Assembly (NCBI GenBank): GCA_964348675.1
Contig: CAYGDF010000001.1
Span: 7,199-55,462 of the forward strand
From: an uncultured Candidatus Saccharibacteria bacterium
GTDB taxonomy: Bacteria > Patescibacteriota > Minisyncoccia > Phycocordibacterales > UBA5272
Reading direction: 5' to 3'
Length of the DNA: 48,264 nucleotides
The position numbers were made by a program, and so were the translations under genes. A model generated the notes under the pieces. That model was not told the origin of the DNA. It saw nothing but the letters and a program-made list of their open reading frames with translations, and made no database searches. Shown here piece after piece: positions 28,174 through 36,531 of the stretch (the first letter of the stretch is position 1; every line of letters begins with the position of its first letter).

Positions 28174-28581
28174 ATGAGTAAAACCACCTCAATCATCTTG
28201 TCTCTGCTAATCATCGCCTCGGCTTCTTATTTTGCTTTTGGCGGTTTTGATAAAACAGATGCACCGAAAAGTGAAACGGTTAATAAGGCTGTTCAAAATA
28301 GTGAAATAAGAGGTGGTATTCAGTACGTAACCATAACAGCAAAAGGTGGCTATTCGCCAAGAGTGTCAGTTGCAACTTCCGGAATTCCGACAAAACTAGT
28401 TATTAAAACAAACAGCACTTATGACTGTTCGGCAGCGCTTGTGATTAATTCGCTTAATTTTAGAAAAATGTTAACAAACACAGGAGAAACTGTAATAGAT
28501 GCAGGAACACCTGAACAAGGAGATGTAATTCAAGGGATTTGTGCCATGGGTATGTATAGTTTCGCTATAAACTTTAAATAG
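28174..28581 (+). CDS. Membrane-anchored cupredoxin-like (Cupredoxin_1) protein
   Basis: N-terminal anchor. YDCSAALVI ... GICAMGMYSFAINF resembles the Cys...Cys-x-x-Met end of Cupredoxin_1 (recall-level). Confidence 0.5.
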   Translation: MSKTTSIILSLLIIASASYFAFGGFDKTDAPKSETVNKAVQNSEIRGGIQYVTITAKGGYSPRVSVATSGIPTKLVIKTNSTYDCSAALVINSLNFRKMLTNTGETVIDAGTPEQGDVIQGICAMGMYSFAINFK

Positions 28582-28678
28582 AGGTAAGAAAGTCCATACA
28601 GCAACGTCACTAGTATGCACGGGGTAAATACTACCCTCTATAAAGTTTGCTTTACTAAAAATCTCTACATCAAAAACT

Positions 28679-28804
28679 ATGAACCAAAACTACGACGATA
28701 AAAGAAATAAAAATGGAACTCAAAATCCATCTAACCCAAATGAACCCAAAAAGGAAGGGGAAGATAAACCAGACGAAGAACCAAAGTCTGACGACGGTAA
28801 ATAA
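28679..28804 (+). CDS. Possible small hydrophilic peptide (41 aa)
   Basis: ATG..TAA ORF MNQNYDDKRNKNGTQNPSNPNEPKKEGEDKPDEEPKSDDGK, followed by a terminator. It is low-complexity and speculative. Confidence 0.2.
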   Translation: MNQNYDDKRNKNGTQNPSNPNEPKKEGEDKPDEEPKSDDGK

Positions 28805-28811
28805 TCTACCT

Positions 28812-28838
28812 AAAATAGAGGGTATTCCCCTCTATTTT
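28812..28838 (+). terminator. Rho-independent terminator
   Basis: aaaatagaggg-tattc-ccctctatttt. Confidence 0.65.
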
Positions 28839-28923
28839 CGTGAATAAGGACTTTGACAATGACCATAATGCGTTTTAATATAAATATGGGAAGTCTTTTC
28901 TTAATAATTTAGTAATAAGATTC

Positions 28924-29565
28924 ATGAAAACAAAAACAATTCTCGTTTCAACTATTTTGGCAGCACTTGCCACGTTTTCAGTTGTAAGTGCTCAAGGGCT
29001 ATCGGTCAGCGTTTCTGCTAAGGCGAACGTGGGGGCTGCGACAGCCAGCACCACTGCTAGTACTACTGTAAAAGAAAATAAAGGAAACTCCACAACTACC
29101 AAAAATAATAATGCGAGCACTACCGCAAACACTGATGGGCAGTTGAATGCGGACTCTCATCGAAGTGCGGTTTCTTTATTTGTTAAGTCTCTGCTAGATA
29201 TTGCAAATCGTGAAGGTGGAATCGGAAGCCAAGTTAGACTTATTGCACAGAAGCAAAACGTTTCTGCGACCACAACTACAAGTGCCATGGCAAAAGTAGA
29301 CGGGCGTAGCACTTTAAGAACACTTTTGCTTGGAACTGATTACAAAAATCTTGGAGTTATAAGAAGTGAAATCGCTACTACGAGTGGAAATATTGCTCAA
29401 TTAAAAACTCTTCTTTCTGGAGTTGTTAATGAATCTGACAGAGTTGCCCTTGATGCTCAAATCAAAGTTCTAGAAAATCAACAGATTAAAATAGAAGCAT
29501 ATGTAAAAGCTCATGAGAATGTTTTCGGTGTATTCGGATGGTTCTCAAAATTATTTTCTAAATAG
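28924..29565 (+). CDS. Secreted hypothetical protein
   Basis: Signal peptide (ILAALATFSVVSAQG), a Thr/Ser/Asn-rich segment and a helical C-terminal half. Confidence 0.55.
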   Translation: MKTKTILVSTILAALATFSVVSAQGLSVSVSAKANVGAATASTTASTTVKENKGNSTTTKNNNASTTANTDGQLNADSHRSAVSLFVKSLLDIANREGGIGSQVRLIAQKQNVSATTTTSAMAKVDGRSTLRTLLLGTDYKNLGVIRSEIATTSGNIAQLKTLLSGVVNESDRVALDAQIKVLENQQIKIEAYVKAHENVFGVFGWFSKLFSK

Positions 29566-29587
29566 AAAATAATTTAATTACCATAAA

Positions 29588-29627
29588 AATAAAATCACCA
29601 GGTAAAGAACTTGGTGATTTTATTTTT
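29588..29627. terminator. Bidirectional hairpin terminator
   Basis: aaaatcacca-ggtaaagaac-ttggtgatttt, flanked by A and T runs between convergent genes. Confidence 0.6.
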
Positions 29628-29634
29628 GTGAAGT

Positions 29635-29991
29635 TTATCTGTAACCTTTCTTTTTAAAATCTAAGAACCCCCAAAGTGATAAAGCGGCCGTGAGTAGGGC
29701 GATAATATAAAAGTAATCCTCAAATGGTTGATTCAAAAAGTAAAACAAAATTGCGCCGATAGCAAAGCCGAACAGACCGACAATAATGTCCATAATTACA
29801 TTAACAGATGGCTCGATTATCTTGACAACCCATTCAAATGCTTCCCAAGCCATCAGTAGCAGGGCTGAAATAAAGAGTGCTGAAGTAATTTGATATCCCA
29901 GTTTGTAAAAAATGGCCACCAATAAAAATCCTGAAAGGAAATGTACCAAAGACCACATATCGACATATTTACCATGCTTCCAAATATCCAT
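29635..29991 (-). CDS. Small integral membrane protein
   Basis: 118 aa with four hydrophobic helices. Confidence 0.55.
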   Translation of the reverse strand: MDIWKHGKYVDMWSLVHFLSGFLLVAIFYKLGYQITSALFISALLLMAWEAFEWVVKIIEPSVNVIMDIIVGLFGFAIGAILFYFLNQPFEDYFYIIALLTAALSLWGFLDFKKKGYR

Positions 29992-30160
29992 AAGAGTTTA
30001 ATTATTTAAATAAAATAGGCTAAATTAGAAAGCGTAGTCTAATTATACCTTGAAAGTAGGTAAAAAATCCAAAAAAATGTAAGAATTTTAACGGTTTTCC
30101 GTCATCTATATTGGGTACACAGCACCCTTTGGTAATTATAAAAACTAATCTATACATAAT

Positions 30161-31048
30161 ATGACAAAAAGAATAACTCTAGCAATCGCAGTTTTAGCAT
30201 TGCTATTCTCCTTTTCCGGCGCCACAGCAGAGGCCACGACAACGCCTACGTGGGACGCGACTGGGGCTTGGAATATCTCATTTGACTATCTTGGCGCATC
30301 TTACATGCATGACATGACACTGGTACAAGATAGCACTGGGTCAGTGACAGGTTTGGGTGGATATCCTGCAGGAGGCCCTCACACATACACCTGGATGATT
30401 GATACCGGAACAATGAGTGGTAACTTCATGCATCTAAATACACATTACACCTTAGGCGCTGTGTGTACGATGACAATTGATGGTCTAGTAGCCACAACTA
30501 CCGGTAACATGAGCGGTACGTGGTCAGATAATTGCGGAGGATCACGAAGTGGTACATGGGTATCAACGAGTGGAACATCTTCTCCGATACTGGTGGCGCC
30601 TACGCTTCTATCTCCAATAAACGGATACTCTACAACAACTGCTGGATTTACAAAAGCTGATTGGACTGATGTAATAGATCCATTCTTGCCAATGAGGTAC
30701 GTATATCAAGTTTCTAATTCATCATCAACTAATCCTGATGGTTCATTTGTGACACCTGTTTACACTTCAGGGTTCCTAAATGTTTCTGAAATTGGAACTG
30801 CTGGAACACCGAGTGGAACGTATTATTGGCATGTTAGGGCTGTTGATTTTGCAAGCAACATGAGTGCTTGGAGTACGACATGGTCTGTAATTGTGGATAA
30901 TACCCCGATTATAGTAGTGCCTCCACCAACATCAACAACCACACCAACAACAAAAGACATGTGTAAAAAAGGAGGATGGAAAACATTCACAAATCCATCA
31001 TTCAGAAATCAAGGGCAGTGCGTAAGTTGGTCTAACCACAATAATTAG
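30161..31048 (+). CDS. Secreted protein with an Ig/FN3-like domain
   Basis: Signal peptide (LALLFSFSGATAEA). The YYWHVRAVDFASNMSAWS motif is typical of bacterial Ig-like surface domains. There is also a Thr/Pro linker. Confidence 0.5.
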   Translation: MTKRITLAIAVLALLFSFSGATAEATTTPTWDATGAWNISFDYLGASYMHDMTLVQDSTGSVTGLGGYPAGGPHTYTWMIDTGTMSGNFMHLNTHYTLGAVCTMTIDGLVATTTGNMSGTWSDNCGGSRSGTWVSTSGTSSPILVAPTLLSPINGYSTTTAGFTKADWTDVIDPFLPMRYVYQVSNSSSTNPDGSFVTPVYTSGFLNVSEIGTAGTPSGTYYWHVRAVDFASNMSAWSTTWSVIVDNTPIIVVPPPTSTTTPTTKDMCKKGGWKTFTNPSFRNQGQCVSWSNHNN

Positions 31049-31060
31049 TAAAAGTTAAAT

Positions 31061-31095
31061 AATAAATAAACCGCCTATCAGGCGGTTTATTTATT
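31061..31095. terminator. Bidirectional hairpin terminator
   Basis: aaataaaccgcc-tatca-ggcggtttattt. Confidence 0.75.
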
Positions 31096-31130
31096 ATTTA
31101 AGAAATGCCTTGTTCCTACTTGAAATTGAT

Positions 31131-31541
31131 TTATTTTACTTCTTCCAAATTCCCATTTATCACGATAGGGGAGAAGCCGATGATTTCATCTTTTAGTATT
31201 CCTTCTGGAACAGGATTATACAAATAAACCTTTTTTCCTAATCTAAAAGCATCATACATTTCTAGAAAAGTAGCTCCACCGATATAATTTGCAACACCCT
31301 TCTTTTCGAAATTCAAAACCAAAACCGCGTCCATATCGTTTATGACGTCTGTGCTATGTTTTAACATTCCCGCTTTCCATTTTGCATGTTCGTCAACACC
31401 TAGATTTCTAAACTCATCTTCCGCGAGCGGATTATCGTATGAATTGGGTAGCGTTATCTCGTGACCAGCAGATTCCAGTTGATTTTTAATTTCGGGAATT
31501 CTATCGTAAAAACTTTTACTGCAAATAAGAAAAATCTTCAT
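31131..31541 (-). CDS. Nucleoside 2-deoxyribosyltransferase-like protein
   Basis: MKIFLICSKSFYDRIPEIKNQLESAGHEITLP start, plus DAVLVLN...YIGGATFLEMYDAFRLGKKVY. The family call is recall-level. Confidence 0.45.
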   Translation of the reverse strand: MKIFLICSKSFYDRIPEIKNQLESAGHEITLPNSYDNPLAEDEFRNLGVDEHAKWKAGMLKHSTDVINDMDAVLVLNFEKKGVANYIGGATFLEMYDAFRLGKKVYLYNPVPEGILKDEIIGFSPIVINGNLEEVK

Positions 31542-31566
31542 GGAATAACTACTAAAGTGCTACAAA

Positions 31567-31824
31567 CTATTTATGGTTACTAAACAATTCTGAAACTTTC
31601 AACTTTGCGAATCCGAATAGATAAATAATTTCTAAGATACCAGCAGTGTTAATCAAAAGCATGGCGACGAACCACCAAACTTGTCCACGTCTTCCAGAGT
31701 GCCAAAGTGCTAGACCTTTCCAAATGAGACCCCAGATCATCATAAGCATAAATAATCCGCCAAAAGCAGGTAACCATGAATACATAGAACCGTTTGTTGT
31801 AAAATAATTTAGATTTTGCATCAT
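31567..31824 (-). CDS. DUF5652-like small membrane protein
   Basis: WKGLALWHSGRRGQVWWFVAMLLINTAGILEIIYL. Confidence 0.55.
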   Translation of the reverse strand: MMQNLNYFTTNGSMYSWLPAFGGLFMLMMIWGLIWKGLALWHSGRRGQVWWFVAMLLINTAGILEIIYLFGFAKLKVSELFSNHK

Positions 31825-31892
31825 ATATGTTTTTATAACTTAATAATATTAAGTATATACCACTTATCTTTTCTTTGGTATTCTAATCTTAT

Positions 31893-32141
31893 ATGACAGA
31901 ACGAATTTCTGGTGGCGTTGTACATAAACTCCCTAAAGATCTGCGGGATATGATTATCGCTACGCCAAAGGTAAAACTACTGTGGGAGGATATAACACCT
32001 CTGGCTCGCAACGAGTGGATATGTTGGGTTGAGGAAGCCAAGCAAGAAAAGACCAGAAAAGGACGCATTGAAAAGACTCGTTCAAAAATGTTAGGAGGGA
32101 TGAGACGTCCTTGTTGCTGGGCGGGGTGCACCCATAGGTAA
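31893..32141 (+). CDS. YdeI/OmpD-associated (OmdA-like) family protein
   Basis: LPKDLRDMIIATPKVKLLWEDITPLARNEWICWVEEAKQEKTRKGRIEKT. I prefer it to the antisense ORF 31889..32131. Confidence 0.6.
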   Translation: MTERISGGVVHKLPKDLRDMIIATPKVKLLWEDITPLARNEWICWVEEAKQEKTRKGRIEKTRSKMLGGMRRPCCWAGCTHR

Positions 32142-32168
32142 GTGCGGTAGAAGTTTCAGAAACTGATG

Positions 32169-32744
32169 TTATTTCGAAACAATTTCAAAAGTTGGACTAG
32201 TTAGACTTCCTATTTGGAACTCGTATATACCTGGTTTTATATTTGTAGGGATAGTGTAAGTGTAGGCGTGCTTATTTTCGATTCCGTAGACTCTGTCTGA
32301 AATACTTACCGATGAGCCCTCATCTTTAAGCGAAACATCAATTAGAAATATCTGTGTAGTTTCTTCGCGCCCACCAGTCCATGTGAGCTGATAACTTTGT
32401 CCCTGAACTAATTTTTCTCCGCCTTTTGGAAAAGTTATCGAGTTTTCAGCACGAAAGTAAAATAGTGCGAAAAAAGCAACCAATACCACAACAGCCAGGT
32501 AACCAACCATTTTCATAAAATAGATGAGTGCTTCTTTTTTATGATTGTCGAAATAAAGTTTAAACGGTTGATAGAAAAACAGAAATGCCATGACCGCGGC
32601 AGAAAGTGTAAAGAGACTAAGTAGGAATATAGGGGCAAGTATGGTATCAGGAGTATTAGGTGATTGTAAAGAATAAATAATACCAACAACTACCAAGATA
32701 TAAGCAACTACACCTAACGCATTTATAAAGGGGTTTATTTTCAT
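32169..32744 (-). CDS. Membrane protein with a C-terminal Ig-like (Kre9/KNH-like) domain
   Basis: Four TM helices, then ITFPKGGEKLVQGQSYQLTWTGG. Confidence 0.5.
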   Translation of the reverse strand: MKINPFINALGVVAYILVVVGIIYSLQSPNTPDTILAPIFLLSLFTLSAAVMAFLFFYQPFKLYFDNHKKEALIYFMKMVGYLAVVVLVAFFALFYFRAENSITFPKGGEKLVQGQSYQLTWTGGREETTQIFLIDVSLKDEGSSVSISDRVYGIENKHAYTYTIPTNIKPGIYEFQIGSLTSPTFEIVSK

Positions 32745-32811
32745 ATGTGTTTAGTGTACACCCAATACCAAAAAGAATAAAAAACTTAAATCTAAGGTAA
32801 ATTAGGCTTTT

Positions 32812-33390
32812 TTATTGAGCAATGCGAATACTATCTCTTACTTGCACAAAGTCTTGGATGATTGGGGAACCCATTTCTAAATACGTAACCGTCGCCACAT
32901 ACACCCACGAAGGTAACGCCGTAACGATAGTCGTACCTTCATATAGACCAGACCACCTATATGATAAGGCAGGGAAGTTGCTAAGTGTGGTTGAGGCTAA
33001 GTTGCCGTCTGATAATTTAAAATTTGATTCACTAGTGTTACGAATCCAATTTTCTGTTGTTTGATTATCTAGATTATTCTGATAAATCTCAACCGTAATC
33101 GACTGAGGTCCTTCTCCTCCAACAGGAGCGGGTAAATCTTCACTACGCATTAAATTAATAATGTGGTGTTTACGCATTCCACTACCCGGTGCCTCTATTT
33201 CATTTAAGACGTAGTTTTTCGGGTAGGTAAAAGATATACCGTAGACATCGCTTGAATAAGTCTGACTGGATGAATCAATCAGAGGAGTTTGTGGAAAGAA
33301 AATACGCTGTGTTAAGAAAAATCCGCCAACTAAAATTAGAACTACTAAAAATCCAATTGTTCTTCCGATGAAAAATTTTCTAAGAGTCAT
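32812..33390 (-). CDS. Membrane-anchored hypothetical protein
   Basis: N-terminal TM (IGFLVVLILVGGFFL). 192 aa. Confidence 0.5.
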   Translation of the reverse strand: MTLRKFFIGRTIGFLVVLILVGGFFLTQRIFFPQTPLIDSSSQTYSSDVYGISFTYPKNYVLNEIEAPGSGMRKHHIINLMRSEDLPAPVGGEGPQSITVEIYQNNLDNQTTENWIRNTSESNFKLSDGNLASTTLSNFPALSYRWSGLYEGTTIVTALPSWVYVATVTYLEMGSPIIQDFVQVRDSIRIAQ

Positions 33391-33556
33391 ATGCTTAGAG
33401 TTTAACGCAAAAAATGTGAAAAGAAAGGTATTGGGGGGGTTAAAACTCGAACAATATCTAACCTCTCCATAAGTAGAGGGGGTATTTGCGATTAACTTAT
33501 TAATAATGTAATGTTTGTTGTATATCTTGTCCTTTTAACATTTGGGAGATTCAATC

Positions 33557-34582
33557 GTGGACTTACCAATCGAAGAATACTACGCTCACGCTCTCCAGAT
33601 GCACGAGCGCGAGTTACAAATACGCGACGAAATTGTTGGGTGGTTGCCCGACGACATCATCGACGCTCACGCTCACTGCAACCTGAAGGAACATGTACAT
33701 GGTGTAGACCCGCGAGCTCGCGGCCATATGCTGTCGACTTTCCCGTATTTCCCACTCGAAATGTCGAAGCAACTTCATGAGATGTTCTTTCCTGGCAAGC
33801 GGATTCGTTCGCTTCGCTTTCCGAAAACATTTCGTGGAATTGACCACCGTTCCGCCAACCAGTATCTGCTTCAGAACAGCCCTGAAGAAGACCGGATCGC
33901 ACTCTTTGGTTTACCGGAAGATGTTGCGTACACCAACGCTATGCTGGCCCATCCGAGAGTGTCCGCACTTAAGATGTACTGGTCGTACGTAGACCCAACG
34001 GCAAAGACAATCTACGAGTTCTTCAGGCCAGAAATCCTTGAAGAGAGTCAAGCGCGTGACATTCCAATAGTCCTCCATCTGCCGCGAGTTTTAGTGGCAA
34101 GCATCAACGACTTGGTGCAAGTCGTAAAAGACTTTCCGCGACAGAGAGTGGTCTTGGCTCACCTTGGCTTGTCCAAGATGGTTATTCAGGGACTGGAGGA
34201 GACAATGAAAACGGCGGCGGCCTTTGACAACGTTTTCATGGACACGGCACTTAACCCTTCGGCAGAAGTTGTCTCGCTCGCACTTAAATGTTTCGGTAAG
34301 GAGCGAATTCTGTTTGGTTCTGACGAACCTCTCAGCCTGATTCGTTCGGTCGCGTACAGACACCCGCAAAAAGGGGAGCGAATCGTCACTGACTTCAAGT
34401 ACCACTGGGTGGACAGCGACGAGGTCAGGGAATACGGGCATCTCGCCCAAAGTGCGACGCACGCTCACTGGCAGTCGATGTTGGCGATAAAGAGGGCTGT
34501 GGAACTTCTTCCTCGAGACCAACAAGAAGTTACCAAGGATTGGGTTTTTCGGAAAACCGCCGAGGCCGTGTATAACTTCTAG
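33557..34582 (+). CDS. Amidohydrolase_2-type metal-dependent hydrolase (TIM barrel), with compositionally foreign GC
   Basis: IDAHAHCN, PIVLHLPR, VLAHLG and FGSDEP motifs. The GTG at 33557 is preceded by GGGAGA 7 nt upstream; the track start is TTG at 33542. Two sampled lines give about 52-53% GC. Confidence 0.7.
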   Translation: MDLPIEEYYAHALQMHERELQIRDEIVGWLPDDIIDAHAHCNLKEHVHGVDPRARGHMLSTFPYFPLEMSKQLHEMFFPGKRIRSLRFPKTFRGIDHRSANQYLLQNSPEEDRIALFGLPEDVAYTNAMLAHPRVSALKMYWSYVDPTAKTIYEFFRPEILEESQARDIPIVLHLPRVLVASINDLVQVVKDFPRQRVVLAHLGLSKMVIQGLEETMKTAAAFDNVFMDTALNPSAEVVSLALKCFGKERILFGSDEPLSLIRSVAYRHPQKGERIVTDFKYHWVDSDEVREYGHLAQSATHAHWQSMLAIKRAVELLPRDQQEVTKDWVFRKTAEAVYNF

Positions 34583-34603
34583 AGACCACTGACCAATAGT
34601 TTT

Positions 34604-34631
34604 AAAGGCTTCGCGTGCGAGGCCTTTTTTT
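34604..34631. terminator. Hairpin terminator
   Basis: aaaggcttcgc-gtg-cgaggccttttttt, between the convergent amidohydrolase and HIT genes. Confidence 0.7.
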
Positions 34632-35097
34632 ATTGTTCTCCTTTAATTTTCTTAGCGAGAGCGCTAAGTTTTTCGTCGTCAGCTCTTAAAAAATCGTGCG
34701 AAGATATGTATCCTTCGTACTTATCAAAATACTTACTTACATTTGACGAACGCTTCTCCCAATCATTTGCCCTAGTTCCATGCATTGGAAATAATTTTGC
34801 ATGAATATGATCAACACCAAAACCTTCAAAGATCATACCTGTGCGACCAACGTCTTCTAATTTTTCATCTAAAAGTTTTGCAACTTTTTTTGTAGCATGC
34901 ACCAAACCATCAATTACACCATCCTCTAAATCAAACAAATAACTGCCATGGTGTTCTTTTGTTATCACGACCGAAAAACCTTCCGTGTTAGGAAATATAG
35001 AGAGAAAAGCAAGATGCTTATCGTCCTCCCAAATTTTATGGCAAGGCGCGTCTCCTTTGGCTATTTTGCAAAAAATACAATCTTCTTTGGTTGTCAT
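34630..35097 (-). CDS. HIT-family protein with a variant triad
   Basis: N-terminal CIFCKI, plus the HIT region GVDHIHAKLFP (H-I-H-A-K, where the canonical third His is Lys). Low GC like the host background. Confidence 0.7.
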   Translation of the reverse strand: MTTKEDCIFCKIAKGDAPCHKIWEDDKHLAFLSIFPNTEGFSVVITKEHHGSYLFDLEDGVIDGLVHATKKVAKLLDEKLEDVGRTGMIFEGFGVDHIHAKLFPMHGTRANDWEKRSSNVSKYFDKYEGYISSHDFLRADDEKLSALAKKIKGEQ

Positions 35098-35206
35098 AAC
35101 CTTATTATAATAGTCTTGTATAAAAAAAGAAAGTCTGGAACATTTATAGTCCAGACCTCGTTCGCTTTGCAGTTTTCCAACTACTTCTCTTTTTAAGACA
35201 AACCCG

Positions 35207-36007
35207 TCAGAGGTTTCGGCTGATTTTCTTTTTTATTGTGTAAATTCCTCCACGAGGAATTTGAAGCATCAGCCTCTCATCTCCCGCCGGTATCTTTCTG
35301 TACACCTTGACGAAATAACTCAGATATTTACCGTTTTCATTGAATAAAGATAGATATCTAAGCCAATTACTTCTGGTGTCTGGGGACATCTGGTTAATGT
35401 ACTGATCAACTCTTGTCTTGTCACCAGGGGAGACCTCATAGTCAGCCTCGTACTCTGTGGTGAGTGGAAGGTTGTTGAACAAATTCGACCAGCTTGCCCT
35501 GTCTCCTTGGGGAGTCAAATTTGTGCCAATTGTTTCGTTGAAATCAGCGACAAGTTTTGGGGGCGGAGTGGAATGGTAGTAGTAAAGCGCTACCAGCATA
35601 TACCCCCACGGTCTCAGCACACGCAACGCCTCAGCAATATGCTGTTTCCTTATTTCTTCGGGAATAAAAGGAAGATGCCCGCCTATGACAACATGACTGA
35701 AGGAATTGTCCTTGAAGGGTAAGTTAGACGCATCTCCCTTCTCGAAAGAAACCTTGTCTGCGATAAAGCGATCAACGTTTTCCTTGGCGGACCTGACGCT
35801 TTCTTCATGAAGGTCCACACCGACACATCTTGCCCCTGTGTAGCGTGCCATTTCGATGGTTATGAACCCCGTTGAACAACCCACCTCGAGAACCGTAGAG
35901 TTTTCGTACATAAAGGAATTCATGGCCCATTCCTTCACGGTCACGTAGCTCCCAGGGGGTGTATTGACTTGGCCAGACCTTGCAACAGTAGACAGATACT
36001 CATTCAT
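35207..36007 (-). CDS. Class I SAM-dependent methyltransferase
   Basis: Motif I VLEVGCSTGFITIEMA and motif II-like CVGVDL. I prefer the ATG at 36007 because AGAGG lies 7 nt upstream; the longer ORF starts at 36058. One sampled line gives about 47% GC. Confidence 0.7.
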   Translation of the reverse strand: MNEYLSTVARSGQVNTPPGSYVTVKEWAMNSFMYENSTVLEVGCSTGFITIEMARYTGARCVGVDLHEESVRSAKENVDRFIADKVSFEKGDASNLPFKDNSFSHVVIGGHLPFIPEEIRKQHIAEALRVLRPWGYMLVALYYYHSTPPPKLVADFNETIGTNLTPQGDRASWSNLFNNLPLTTEYEADYEVSPGDKTRVDQYINQMSPDTRSNWLRYLSLFNENGKYLSYFVKVYRKIPAGDERLMLQIPRGGIYTIKKKISRNL

Positions 36008-36099
36008 TGGATGACCTCTATAAGAAGTTGAAAGAACACGATTTCTATTAGACCACATAAATCATGTTATTATATAAAATGAGATAAAGCCAACTAGAC

Positions 36100-36483
36100 A
36101 TGCAAAAAAAACCTTATAGACCATTTCAAATATCTTGTGGTTTGATGGAAGGCTACGATGCAGAAACAGCCACCTCTCATACCATTGAAGAAGCAAGTGT
36201 AATTATTCAAAACTGGATTAGGGACAGAGTCGTCTCTAATAAAAAGGTGGTGGCTGGGACTCTAATAGAAGGTCAATTTATTTACCCAATAAATAAAAAT
36301 CAAAACCTCAGCGCTCAAATTGAACCATCTTTCCATTATAAAGGAATTGTAAGAGAAGACACCTCTGACGAAGAGGCACTGGAGTTGCTAGAAGATTTAG
36401 TAAAAAATTTATCACAAAAATTAAATCAAAAAAGAATACATATTCAGTTTTGTTCTGATTATTTTTTGTTTGAAAAAGAATAA
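36100..36483 (+). CDS. Hypothetical protein
   Basis: 127 aa, low GC, no recognised motif. Confidence 0.45.
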   Translation: MQKKPYRPFQISCGLMEGYDAETATSHTIEEASVIIQNWIRDRVVSNKKVVAGTLIEGQFIYPINKNQNLSAQIEPSFHYKGIVREDTSDEEALELLEDLVKNLSQKLNQKRIHIQFCSDYFLFEKE

Positions 36484-36486
36484 AAA

Positions 36487-36512
36487 AACTGGGGCAACTA
36501 GGGCCCCAGTCT
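36487..36512 (-). terminator. Rho-independent terminator of the GC-rich aaRS operon
   Basis: On the minus strand the stem CTGGGGC/GCCCCAG is followed by TTTTTTT. It abuts the stop codon of the low-GC gene 36100..36483. Confidence 0.7.
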
Positions 36513-36531
36513 CGACTCAGCCCGCTGGCAT

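Noticed and set aside
31889-32131. An 80-aa minus-strand ORF antisense to 31893..32141.
   Set aside because: The plus-strand product matches the YdeI/OmdA-type pattern (NEWICWVEEAKQEKTRKGRIEK). The minus-strand translation has no recognisable features.
33440-33475. A G7 tract (33444..33450) and ACTCGAAC, seen as a possible decayed tRNA 3' end or att site marking the left edge of the foreign region.
   Set aside because: Only an 8-nt match to the tRNA-Gln T-arm region was found, and no pairable T-stem or acceptor. That is not above chance.
33511-33992. Alternative-frame ORFs 33511..33780, 33614..33847, 33657..33902 and 33777..33992 around the amidohydrolase start.
   Set aside because: They overlap the amidohydrolase frame, which carries the metal-ligand motifs. 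The translations are Arg-rich shadow frames typical of GC-rich DNA.
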